A DNA stretch of 64,000 bases from an uncultured delta proteobacterium (GCA_963767925.1 CAVYGB010000010.1:1216001-1280000); one strand, 5' to 3'. Shown: positions 55,055 through 64,000, counted from the first letter of the stretch. The notes: generated by a model from the sequence alone, not told the origin. Numbers and translations: made by a program.

Positions 55055-55986
55055 TCACCTGCGGGGCTTGGCGCCGTCCGCGAGGAACGGCAGGACGGTC
55101 GTGGCCAGGGCGGGGTCGCTGAAGGTGTTGTAGTGGGTCAGGCCCGGCAAGATGGCCAGGCGCGAGGCGGGGCGGCCGGCGCCGTCCCAGCCCGGATCCT
55201 TCTTGCCGCCCCCGAGCAGCGCGAACATCTCGACCGCGTGGGAGGGGGAAAGATGTCGGCGTCGCCGGCGACGATCAGCGTGGGGGACTTGATGGCGGCC
55301 ACCTGCTGGGAAAAGTCGAAGTCCTTCTTCATGGCATCGCCGATCTTGCCCAGCAGCCGGGGCCAGTCCTCGGGGCGGGGGGCGATGCGGCTGTAGAGCT
55401 CGTACATGGGGGTCTGCTTCATCGCCTCGGCGGCGGCGGCGGTGACCTGCCCCTGCTGCGCGAGGATCTCCGGGTAAAAGCCGTTCTTGCGGAAGGGCGC
55501 CGAGACGACGACCAGCTTGCCCACCACCTGGGGGTGGCGAATCGCCGTCAGGAGGGCCACTCCCCCGCCGAGCGAATAGCCCATGACGTCGGCCCGCTCG
55601 AGCTCGAGGTGCTTGATGAGGGCGGCGATGTCGTCGGCCATCAGCTCCACGCTCAGTGGCCGGTCGATGTCGGCCGTCCGCCCGTGCCCCTGGAGATCGA
55701 CGGCGATGACCTTGTGGCGCTTGGCCAGCGCGGGGAGGTTGGGCCCGAACATCTCGATGGCGCCGAGGCCGCCGTGCAGGAGGACCAGCGGGCTACCCGA
55801 GCCGCGGACCTCGTAGTAGAGCTTGATGCCGTTGAGGTCGGCGTATTTCCCGGGGCCTTTGCCCTTCGCGCCCTGGGCCCGGACCGCCCCGGTGTCAGCG
55901 AGGGTCCCGATGGCGGCACCGAGGGCGATCAGCAGCGCGAGGCCGCGCCGGGAAGAGAGGAGGGTCTTCTTGGAAGTGTGGTGCAT
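55055..55986 (-). CDS. Alpha/beta hydrolase (frameshift at about 55245)
   Basis: LLHGG, DLQGHG, GYSLGG and GDAD motifs; the C-terminus HAVEMFALLGGG...LPGLTHY lies in the next frame after a C5 run. Confidence 0.88.
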
Positions 55987-56009
55987 GGATGTTGCTCCTG
56001 TACCGACAC

Positions 56010-56036
56010 GACGAACGAGCCCCCTCCGGGTCGACA
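56010..56036 (-). promoter_or_regulatory. ECF-type promoter (ECF42-like TGTCGA...CGTC)
   Basis: Minus strand TGTCGA-N15-TTCGTC just upstream of the hydrolase RBS (AGGAG). Confidence 0.55.
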
Positions 56037-56076
56037 CCGCCGGGTGGTTTTTTTCGGGGAGGGGCAACCGCCCGCG

Positions 56077-56496
56077 TCAGCCGAGCCGGGCGTTGGCCAC
56101 CGAGTGGGACAGCGCGCCCTCGAAAGCCGCGGGATCGGTGTAGATCCGCATGAGCTCGCCCAGGTCGGCAAAATTCCGGACCAGCCCCGCCGACAGGTGG
56201 ATGAAGCGCGAGCCGGTCAACATGCTGACATGCTTGAAGCTGGCCCGGTTCTTCCCCAGCCAGACCGCCCACTCGCCGCTGACGTCGAGCGAAGCCGAGA
56301 TCCCCGACCGGGCGTCGATGAACAGCTCGAGCTGCCCGTCCGCCCGGAGGTCCCGCTCCAGCTCGAGAAAGGCCGCGTCGCCGAACTGCCCCACATCCGA
56401 CCCCGCCAGCAACACCAGCACCACCCCTCGCGCCGGCCGGTGAATGGTCAAAGTCCCCTGCTCGGTACGAAACGCGATCGCCTTGCGGTCGTCCAT
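56077..56496 (-). CDS. Hypothetical protein (STAS/SEC14-like alpha/beta domain)
   Basis: GGGGAGG RBS; alternating beta/alpha pattern (GVVLVLLAG...LELFIDA...VSMLTGS). Confidence 0.68.
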   Translation of the reverse strand: MDDRKAIAFRTEQGTLTIHRPARGVVLVLLAGSDVGQFGDAAFLELERDLRADGQLELFIDARSGISASLDVSGEWAVWLGKNRASFKHVSMLTGSRFIHLSAGLVRNFADLGELMRIYTDPAAFEGALSHSVANARLG

Positions 56497-56663
56497 GTCC
56501 GTCCTCCCCGCTCGTGAGGAGGATGCCACAGATCGCAGCGCACGCTTCGCCCCCCGCGGTCCCCCCCTCCACCGGCGCCGTTCGCCGGCGTCCCCTCCGA
56601 TCCTCTCTCGAGCGAGCGAATTCCCACCGCGCGCTTCCTCGCTAGCTTTCCGCTCCCCCTGGG

Positions 56664-56958
56664 CCGTTCGCCCTCGCCCCGCGGCAGCAGCGCGCGGCAG
56701 CAGCGGCAGCAGCGGCAGCAGCGGCAGCAGCGGCAGCAGCGGCAGCAGCGGCAGCAGCGGCAGCAGCGGCAGCAGCGGCAGCAGCGGCAGCAGCGGCAGC
56801 AGCGGCAGCAGCGGCAGCAGCGGCAGGCGGCAGCAGCGGCAGCAGCGGCAGCAGCGGCAGCAGCGGCAGCAGCGGCAGCAGCGGCAGCAGCGGCAGCAGC
56901 GGCAGCAGCGGCAGCAGCGGCAGCAGCGGCAGCAGCGGCAGTGGGGAGGGGTGAGGGG
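56664..56958. repeat. About 28 x 9-bp (GCGGCAGCA)n microsatellite embedded in a REP-like element, copy 2
   Basis: Array at about 56681-56941, flanked by CCGTTCGCCCTCGCCCCGCG and GGGAGGGGTGAGGGG as at 40755-40800. Confidence 0.9.
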
Positions 56959-57021
56959 TCTGCGGCGAGGAACCCCTCGCCAGACACCGTGCCCGACGGG
57001 ACCCGCCCGATTCGCCGCCCG

Positions 57022-57543
57022 CTACTCGCCCGCCGCGGGAGCCGGCGCCTCGCGGGGCAGGTGGGTGGCGAGCGCCTCGCGCAGCTTCTGCTCCTCATCG
57101 TGCGAGAGCGACGTGCGCAACACCGTGCCCCCGAACCGCCCCAGCTCCTCCGCCACCTTGTCGGCGGTGACCTTCCGGAGCAACACGAACAGCGCCGCCG
57201 TGTCCGCCTGGAACGTCTCCGCGATCTTCTTCATGGTGTCATCGGGAATCCCGTAGTCGGTGAACCGCCCCGACAGCGCCCCCGCCCCCGCCCCGACCAT
57301 CAGCCCGAGCAGCGGATTCATGAACAGCAGCCCGATGAGACTGCCCCAGAACCCACCTCGCACCGCCCCCACCGACACCGTGTTGACGATCTGGTGCAGC
57401 TCCACCTTCCCCTCCGGATCCTTGGTCACGACGACCGCGTCCGCCAGGTCCAGCAGATACTCCGCCTGAAGTTGCACCAGCCGCTCCCGCGCCTCGAAAG
57501 CCGTGTCCTTCTTCCGATAGACGATCGCGATCAAATCGGGCAT
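57022..57543 (-). CDS. DUF1269 membrane protein
   Basis: MPDLIAIVY, LLDLADAVVV, GGFWGSLIGLLF.NPLLG, DYGIPD and GGTVLRTSLS motifs; AGGAG RBS. Confidence 0.92.
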   Translation of the reverse strand: MPDLIAIVYRKKDTAFEARERLVQLQAEYLLDLADAVVVTKDPEGKVELHQIVNTVSVGAVRGGFWGSLIGLLFMNPLLGLMVGAGAGALSGRFTDYGIPDDTMKKIAETFQADTAALFVLLRKVTADKVAEELGRFGGTVLRTSLSHDEEQKLREALATHLPREAPAPAAGE

Positions 57544-58119
57544 GTGGTCTTCTCCTGTTTGCCGGAAGCACTCCTTCTACCGCCTGGATCCCCCCCACGC
57601 CCGCAACGCCGAAGTGACAGCCAGATCCCAGGCCGGGAATGGGCGGCAGCCGCCGCCAACGACCTGCTCCCCTCCCGCCGCCCCATCGGACCGCGCCCCG
57701 TGTGAGGCCGTCGAGGCCGTAAGGCGCCCGCCAGGGCCCAATCCACCGGATGGCGTTCGGCGCCCTGGTCGTCGCGGACTGAAGGTCGAGAGCTGCGAGA
57801 GCACGCTCGCGCAGCCAAGTAGGGCGTCCGCCAGCGCCCGGACCAAGCACCGCGGGATGTCCCGACCGTGGAGACAGCTCACAGGACACCGGACCGTCCC
57901 GCGCCGCTCGTTGGCCGCGGCGTAGGCAGGCAGGCGTCGAACCCGCGCCCCCAGTCCACCTCGCCCGCCCCCAGCGGGCGATCCTGGGAGAAGACGAAGA
58001 TCGCCGCCCCGCCCTCGAGCCCTTGTACCCTTGCCGCCGCACCGGTTCGACAGGTCCCCTCCTCGGCGTCCGACGAGGATCCGCGGCCCGAGGACGCCGT
58101 CGACGCGACCCCACCCACC

Positions 58120-58825
58120 TCAGCCAGGTGGAACGCCAGCAGCCACAGCGCCCGCCGCCGCGGGCGCCTCGTCCGGATCGATGAGCCCGCGGCGACGCCA
58201 GCCCACGCAGCCGAGCCACGTCCGCGGCCTCCACGTGACCGGCGGGTCCACCGGCGCCGCCATCGCGACCCGAAAGCCATCGAACCAGGGCGCCGACGAG
58301 CACGGATCGAATCCGCCCCCGCTCGCGCAGCCCGTGTTTCTTGTGGTTCATGAGTACATACACGAGCGCAATGCGTACCTCCCTCGGCGTCCCCAGCGCC
58401 CGGGCATGGTAGCGATCCCCCCAGACCTGCCCAACCCGCCCCAGCTCCCGGTTGATGGCGCGCGCGCTCCGGATCGCCAACCCCCGCGCTCCCCCGGACA
58501 GCGCCACCTTGTCCTGCGCCTCCACGAGCAGGTGGACGTGATCAACCTGAACCGAGAACTGCACCACCCGGAACCCCGTCGAGCTGGCCGCCCGCAGGGA
58601 CTCCCGCAACACCCCGAACACCCGCTTGCTCCGCAACGACGCAAAGCCCGCCCGGGCCCGCAGGGTCATGTGCACCGGATGCGCCCCCTTGTGCTCGGCA
58701 AGAGCACGATGGGGAGCCGGCCGCCGCCGCCCCGGAATCGGAGGCCGCCCGGCGCCCTTCCGCCGCCCACCCCACCCCGAAGTCCGGGGCAGAGCGAGCT
58801 GAGCACATGCCTTCCGCGGCCCCAT
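58120..58825 (-). mobile_element. REP-associated tyrosine (HUH/Y1, RAYT-like) transposase; frameshift at about 58318
   Basis: WGGRRKGAGR, HPVHMTLR, FSVQVDHVHLLVEA (HUH), WGDRYH and YVLMN motifs. The C-terminus DPCSSAPWFDGF...PRTWL...GWRRRGLI lies in the next frame. Confidence 0.85.
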
Positions 58826-58839
58826 ATGAATAGGGCTAA

Positions 58840-58866
58840 ATTATATGCTCAAGGTCCATAAGTCAA
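58840..58866 (-). promoter_or_regulatory. Sigma70-like promoter of the transposase gene
   Basis: Minus strand TTGACT-N15-TATAAT in an AT-rich patch ending about 15 bp before the ATG; the spacer is short. Confidence 0.55.
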
Positions 58867-59113
58867 GACTCGTTGTGTAGATTCCTGGGAGACGCAGGCG
58901 GTGGCCGCGGGGTTTTCGGAGAAGCGCGAGGCGATGGCCATCGAGGCATCGGGCGGCGCAGAGCGGGCGCCGGCGAACGTCACGCAGCAGGCGGAAGCCC
59001 TCGGTTGATGCGCGGGACTCGTGGTGCCCGTGGCAGCAGTTCGGGTGGCTGGGGGGGTGCGGGGGAGACGCCGGAGGGGCGGCAGACCCCGAGGTTGTGG
59101 GGGAAGCGCCGGA

Positions 59114-59204
59114 GGCTGTGGAAAGTGCCGGGGCTATGGACAGCAGACTGCCCACAGCCCCTTGGACAAACCCGCAGAGGGGTTTGCCCACACTTTCCAC
59201 AGCC
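59114..59204 (-). ncRNA. Structured three-way-junction element (putative RNA or ssDNA structure)
   Basis: A 14-bp perfect closing stem GGCTGTGGAAAGTG/CACTTTCCACAGCC encloses two hairpins. The three internal A.C mismatches on + become G-U pairs on -. Confidence 0.55.
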
Positions 59205-60024
59205 ACTGCTGCTGTTTTTTTCTGTTCTGACAGAGCGGAGCGGAGCCCGCGGCGCCACCGTTCACCAGCAAGCGGGGTATCCAGCGCCGCTGTGTCGGCG
59301 GGGTGCGGCCTTCCATGACGTTTCGTGGCGACGGAGACCGGGCAATCCGGGTCTGTGACGGCGCCGACGGTGTCGGTGGCGAAGATCTCTTGCCTGTTGT
59401 CCGAGTCGCGTTGGAGCCGTCGCAGACGAATACGTAGTCGGCCGTACTGGGCCGCTCGCAAAGCTCCGCTCCCAGGTGTCGTCGGGATGGCTCTCCGCGC
59501 GCAGAATCGATCCCCCTCCGGCGCGTCCCTATGCCTGCTCCGGAGGCGGCTCCCTGGGCGCGCTCGGTGTTTGGTTTGGGACGCGGGCAGTGGGACCGCC
59601 CGCGTCCACCGCCCGCGTCCCACCGGCCCCGTCCACCGCCCACCGCGTGCTGGGTGGGGCGGCGAACGGCGACCGTAAGGCGGGATCGGTGGGCTCCTGG
59701 TGTGGCGTCAGCCGGTCTACTGGGGAGACGGGTGCGAGCTCCGTGGGGGTATCCGGTCAGGAGGCAGGACGGTGGGACACCGGAGGGGACGGATGGTGCG
59801 CTGCGGGGACGGCGCGGGTGGCCGTGCGGTCCGGCTGGGCACCCGCGCGATGGAGGCGGGCGCAGCGCGAGAGGCGAGACGGCGGGAGCCGGCGCGGCGC
59901 CGGCAGGAGGGCGCAGAGCGGGCAGGCGGCCGGGAGGGCGAGCGCGGGGGATGATGCGGTGGGGGCGGCGGCCGGACGCGAGGGCGGCGGGGGGGAAGAT
60001 TCGGTGAGGGCACCGGCCGGGTGC

Positions 60025-60414
60025 GGGGGCGCCAACCGGGCGCGGGGGCGCCAGCCGGGCGCGGGGGCGCCAGCCGGGGCGCCGGGGCGCCAGCCGGGCG
60101 CCGGGGCGCCAGCCGGGCGCCGGGGCGCCAGCCGGGCGGCGCGGGCGGCGCGGGCGGCGCGGGCGGCGCGGGCGGCGCGGGCGGCGCGGGCGGCGCGGGC
60201 GGCGCGGGCGGCGCGGGCGGCGCGGGCGGCGCGGGCGGCGCGGGCGGCGCGGGCGGCGCGGGCGGCGCGGGCGGCGCGGGCGGCGCGGGCGGCGCGGGCG
60301 GCGCGGGCGGCGCGGGCGGCGCGGGCGGCGCGGGCGGCGCGGGCGGCGCGGGCGGCGCGGGCGGCGCGGGCGGCGCGGGCGGCGCGGGCGGCGCGGGCGG
60401 CGCGGGCGGCGCGG
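60025..60414. repeat. Imperfect GGGGCGCCAGCCGGGCGC repeats followed by about 31 x 9-bp (CGGGCGGCG)n microsatellite
   Basis: Read directly; the perfect 9-mer array runs about 60133-60414. Confidence 0.92.
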
Positions 60415-60482
60415 GGATGATGCGGTGGGGGGGGTAGGGGCGGGGCCAACACCTGGGGGTTCGGTGAAATACTTGGGGGGAG

Positions 60483-63068
60483 ATGGCGAGCTTGCGCGGT
60501 GCTGGGCTCGAGGACTTGCTGGCCCATTCGGACTGGCTGGGGCGGCTGGCGCATCGGTTGGCGGGGGCGGCGGATGCGGAGGATGCGGTTCAGGAGACCT
60601 GGTTGGCGGCGCATCGGTCGCCGCCGGATCCGGGGCGGCCGGCCCGGCCTTGGCTGGCGGGGGTTCTGCGTAATTTCGTGCGGGCGCGGTGGCAGACGGA
60701 TCGGAGACGGAAGCGGCGCGAGCGGACTCAGGCCGCGGAGGGGCCCGATCGGGAGGCGGCGGTCGATGCGGTTTACGAGCGGCTGGAGATGCAGCGGATC
60801 GTGGCGGAGCTGGTCATGTCGCTCGATGAGCCAGTACGGATCGTGCTGCTGCTGCGCTACTTCGAGGGGCACGACTCGACCCGCATCGGACAGATCCTGG
60901 GTCTCCCGGCTGGCACGGTCCGATGGCGGCTGAAGGTCGCGCTCGATCGCCTGCGCGTCGAGATGGACGCCCGCTTCGGCGCCCGCCGCACCTGGGCCAT
61001 CGTGCTCGCGCCCGCGACGGCTCGCCTCGCCGACACCCCCGACCCACCAGCGTCACCGTTCCCCGAACCCGCGACGCAGCCGCCGCCAGCTCTCCCCGAC
61101 CCCTCCCTTCCGCCAGCCACCACCTTCCCCAATCCAGCCGCGCACCCAGCGCCAGCTCTCCCCCACGCCCCCATTCCGCCATCCACCACCCTCCCCAACT
61201 CAGCCACGCACCCAGCACCAGGTCTCCACCAGGCCCCCATTCCGCCAGCCACCACCTTCCCCAACTCAGCCACGCACCCTGCACCAGCTCTCCCCGACGC
61301 CTCTGCGCCGCTGCTGCAGGGGGCGTCCGTTGGGCCGACGGCTACTCCGCAACCTCCTTCCTCGCTTCTGTCGGCGAGCCGCTCCTCGAACCTGTCGGCG
61401 CGGCAGGCGGCGGGCTCACGGGGGACGATTGCTGGCGGGGCGGGGGGGACGGGGATGGGGGTGCCGCTGCTGTCTGTGCTGGCTCTCGTGGTCGGTGCGG
61501 GGGTGGGAATCGGCCTGGGTGGTTGGAGTGGAGGCGCGCGCGAGGATGCGCGGGGTGACGTCGGCGGGGCTGGCGACGGCTCGGGACGCGAGCGGGCGGG
61601 TTCGGCGACGGGTGAGGGGCGCGGGGAGGGACGGTTTGGTGATGGGCGGGCGGGGGATTTCCGACCGTGGCGGCTTGCGCGGCGAGAGGCCAGGGCAGCG
61701 GGGCAGCGCTTCGTGAGGTCGCCGGTGATGGGAGCCGGGCGTGGGGATGTCCGGTCGGGCGAAGGCGTGCTCTCGGGCGTCGTACGGTTGCGGGGACGGG
61801 GGGAAGATGACGCCATCGTGGTGGCCAATCCGGTCGGGCGAGCCGAGACGGCAGCCATGATCACGGCAGAGGCACCCCGGGCCGACACTCCAGCCATCCC
61901 CGCGGCAGAGGCACCCCGGGCCGACACGGCGGCCTTGCCCACTGCACAGGCACTCCGGCCCGGCACAACCGCCATCCCCACGGCAGAGGCACCCCGGGCC
62001 GACACGGCGGCCTTGCCCACTGCACAGGCACTCCGGCCCGGCACAACCGCCATCCCCACGGCAGAGGCACCCCGGGCCGACACGGTGGCCTTGCCCACTG
62101 CAGAGGCACCCCGGGCCGACACGGCGGCCTTGCCCACTGCACAGGCACTCCGGCCCGGCACAACCGCCATCCCCACGGCAGAGGCACCCCGGGCCGACAC
62201 GGCGGCCTTGCCCACTGCAGAGGCACCCCGGGCCGACACGGCGGCCTTGCCCACTGCACAGGCACTCCGGCCCGGCACAACCGCCATCCCCGCGGCAGAG
62301 GCACCCCGGGCCGACACGGCGGCCTTGCCCACTGCACAGGCACTCCGGCCCGGCACAACCGCCATCCCCACGGCAGAGGCACCCCGGGCCGACACGGCGG
62401 CCTTGCCCACCGCGGAGGCATCCCGGGCCGGCACAACCGCCATCCCCACGGCAGAGGCACCCCGGGCCGACACGGCGGCCTTGCCCACCGCGGAGGCATC
62501 CCGGGCCGGGACGGTGGCGGGCGTGGGCGGGCTGGCGCTGGCGCGGGTGAAGACGGCGGAGGGCGGGGGGTTTCACTTCGTGGTGTTGCCGGCGGGGCGG
62601 TACGTGTTGACGGCGACTGGTCACGACGAGGGGAGCGCCGCTTCGGTCGAGATCGACATCCCGGATGGGCGCGATCGGCACGGGCAGGTGCTCGACCTGC
62701 AGGCCACGGGCTCGGGGGTGTTTGGACGGGTCCTCGATTCGGTGGCGGGCGGGATCTCTCGCGCGCGCGTGCGCGCCCGGCGGGTGGCCGGCGCGGGCCG
62801 GGAGGCGCTGGTGTTCGAGGCCGAGTCGGGGTGCCTGGGACGGTTTCGCCTGTCCCTGCCGCCGGATCACTACAGCTTCGAAGTGGAGGCGGACGGATAC
62901 GGGTCCACCCGCTTCAGCCTCGAGGTGCCGACCGCGCTGGTGCGGACCTTCGTCCTCTACCCCGAGATCGACGGGGTTGCCGGGCGGGTCCACCTCGACA
63001 ACGAGGAGCAAGCCCTCCCGCCACAGTCACTCGCCCCCCACCCCGGACCCGCCAGGATGAATCCATGA
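60483..63068 (+). CDS. ECF sigma factor with long C-terminal extension (TM plus carboxypeptidase-regulatory-like beta domains)
   Basis: DAEDAVQETWL...RPWL region 2 and LLRYFEG...LGLPAGTVRWRL region 4; TM segment; G.LSGVV...GRYVLTA and GRVLD...YSFEVEADGY beta-sandwich motifs. Confidence 0.85.
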   Translation: MASLRGAGLEDLLAHSDWLGRLAHRLAGAADAEDAVQETWLAAHRSPPDPGRPARPWLAGVLRNFVRARWQTDRRRKRRERTQAAEGPDREAAVDAVYERLEMQRIVAELVMSLDEPVRIVLLLRYFEGHDSTRIGQILGLPAGTVRWRLKVALDRLRVEMDARFGARRTWAIVLAPATARLADTPDPPASPFPEPATQPPPALPDPSLPPATTFPNPAAHPAPALPHAPIPPSTTLPNSATHPAPGLHQAPIPPATTFPNSATHPAPALPDASAPLLQGASVGPTATPQPPSSLLSASRSSNLSARQAAGSRGTIAGGAGGTGMGVPLLSVLALVVGAGVGIGLGGWSGGAREDARGDVGGAGDGSGRERAGSATGEGRGEGRFGDGRAGDFRPWRLARREARAAGQRFVRSPVMGAGRGDVRSGEGVLSGVVRLRGRGEDDAIVVANPVGRAETAAMITAEAPRADTPAIPAAEAPRADTAALPTAQALRPGTTAIPTAEAPRADTAALPTAQALRPGTTAIPTAEAPRADTVALPTAEAPRADTAALPTAQALRPGTTAIPTAEAPRADTAALPTAEAPRADTAALPTAQALRPGTTAIPAAEAPRADTAALPTAQALRPGTTAIPTAEAPRADTAALPTAEASRAGTTAIPTAEAPRADTAALPTAEASRAGTVAGVGGLALARVKTAEGGGFHFVVLPAGRYVLTATGHDEGSAASVEIDIPDGRDRHGQVLDLQATGSGVFGRVLDSVAGGISRARVRARRVAGAGREALVFEAESGCLGRFRLSLPPDHYSFEVEADGYGSTRFSLEVPTALVRTFVLYPEIDGVAGRVHLDNEEQALPPQSLAPHPGPARMNP
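61860..62522 (+). repeat. 17 x 39-bp coding tandem repeat (PTAEAPRADTAAL / PTAQALRPGTTAI variants)
   Basis: Read directly in DNA and protein. Confidence 0.93.
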
Positions 63069-63390
63069 CCACGCGTTTCCCTCCGCCGCTGATCCGCACC
63101 CGCCCGCGCGACTTCGAGCAGGTAGCCATGACCACGCGTTTCCCGATGCCGCTGATCCCGCACCCGCCCCGGGCGACCTCGGGCAGGCGCCATGACCACG
63201 CGTTTCCCGATGCCGCTGATCCCGCACCCGCCCGCGCGACTTCGAGCAGGCACCATGACCACGCGTTTCCCTCCGCCGCTGATTCGCACCCGCCCCGCGC
63301 GACCTCGAGCAGGCACCATGACCACGCGTTTCCCTCCGCCGCTGAATCAGCCCGTCCGCCATGCGAGCGCAAGTCCATGACCACGCGTTT
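63063..63390. repeat. Six copies of CCATGACCACGCGTTT in tandem units of about 63 bp
   Basis: Copies at 63063, 63126, 63190, 63253, 63316 and 63375. Confidence 0.93.
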
Positions 63391-63433
63391 TTCGCCGCCT
63401 TCGAAGTTGCTCCGGCTCCGCGGGATTTCAGCC

Positions 63434-64000
63434 ATGGACGTACGGGAACACGTGGGTTCGACGACTCCACCCCCGGTTGGGACGATCCTCGGACTCGGCC
63501 CGCGCATCGGATCGGCCGTGGGCCGGCTGTCGGCGCTGGCCGTCTGGGCCCTCGGGCTGAGTGCCCTGGCCTGTACGCACGTCGGCGAGCGGCCGGCAGC
63601 GGCAGCAGCGGCAGCAGCGGCAGCAGCGGCAGCAGCAGCGGCTCCGGTCGGCGGCCCTCCTGCGGCGCCGGCGGATGCGCGAACCGCGGTGGCGCGGGCG
63701 CTCGTGTTTCTCGAGCGAGATGGCGTCGGCTGGATGGATGGGCGTACGAAGGCGGGGGGCGGCTGCGTGTCGTGCCACCATGTCGGGTTCGCGCTCTGGA
63801 GCCACCGGGAGGCGCAGCGGGCGGGCCTGGACATCGCGGCCGACCGCATCGACGCGCTCGAGAAGCGGGCCCACGACTTTTTCGCCGAGAACACCGGCAA
63901 GCGCCACCAGGTCACCTGGAGTCAGCTCCTGCTGGGCCGGAAGTCCAGCGGAAGCAACCGGCTGACCCGGATCGGCTGGGCGGCGATCCAGGAGGACATC
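63434..64000 (+). CDS. Secreted/lipoprotein with CxxCH motif, prenyltransferase/squalene-cyclase-repeat-like N-terminus (partial; runs off the window)
   Basis: Translated by hand: LSALAC lipobox, poly-Ala, AVARALVFLERDGVGW...GCVSCHHVGFALWS. The frame is also open back to the ATG at 63065. Confidence 0.65.
   Translation, partial: MDVREHVGSTTPPPVGTILGLGPRIGSAVGRLSALAVWALGLSALACTHVGERPAAAAAAAAAAAAAAAAPVGGPPAAPADARTAVARALVFLERDGVGWMDGRTKAGGGCVSCHHVGFALWSHREAQRAGLDIAADRIDALEKRAHDFFAENTGKRHQVTWSQLLLGRKSSGSNRLTRIGWAAIQEDI

Noticed and set aside
56444..57256. ORFs with poly-Ala, GSS, QQR or CCR repeats
   Set aside because: These are translations of the 9-bp microsatellite, with no coding signal.
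59114..59204. Replication origin with DnaA boxes (TGTGGAAAG / CTTTCCACA)
   Set aside because: Only two imperfect boxes, both explained as arms of one inverted repeat; no dnaA or rep gene and no extended AT-rich unwinding element.
59476..60872. ORFs with RAA or GGA repeats
   Set aside because: These are translations of the (CGGGCGGCG)n array.
63063..63390. CRISPR array
   Set aside because: The sequences between the conserved 16-mers are homologous to one another, so this is a tandem repeat rather than a repeat-spacer array.

Overview
Very GC-rich chromosomal segment whose gene content (several Hanks-type Ser/Thr kinases, TamA/TamB, roadblock proteins, lipoproteins, an extended ECF sigma factor) points to a myxobacterium (Myxococcota); this is inferred from gene content only. 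Housekeeping genes include glnE, greB, smpB and a short dcw block (murC-ftsQ-ftsA-ftsZ). Signalling genes include a sigma54 response regulator, a double-kinase hybrid sensor, a PP2C phosphatase and two Ser/Thr kinases. The accessory systems of most interest are: (i) an orphan C39-peptidase ABC / ABC / HlyD / TPR export cluster next to a divergent lipoprotein with 18 pentapeptide repeats; (ii) a candidate sigma54-driven two-gene unit encoding a small acidic peptide ending GPALPPEL and a ferritin-like di-iron enzyme, a possible undescribed peptide-modification system; (iii) a repeat-rich 56-64 kb region around a RAYT-type HUH transposase, containing a three-way-junction structured element, a REP-like hairpin whose core is replaced by a 9-bp microsatellite, further tandem arrays and local GC-skew switches. 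Five single-base frameshifts, one in ftsA, suggest assembly indel errors, so frameshift and repeat-length claims need checking against reads.
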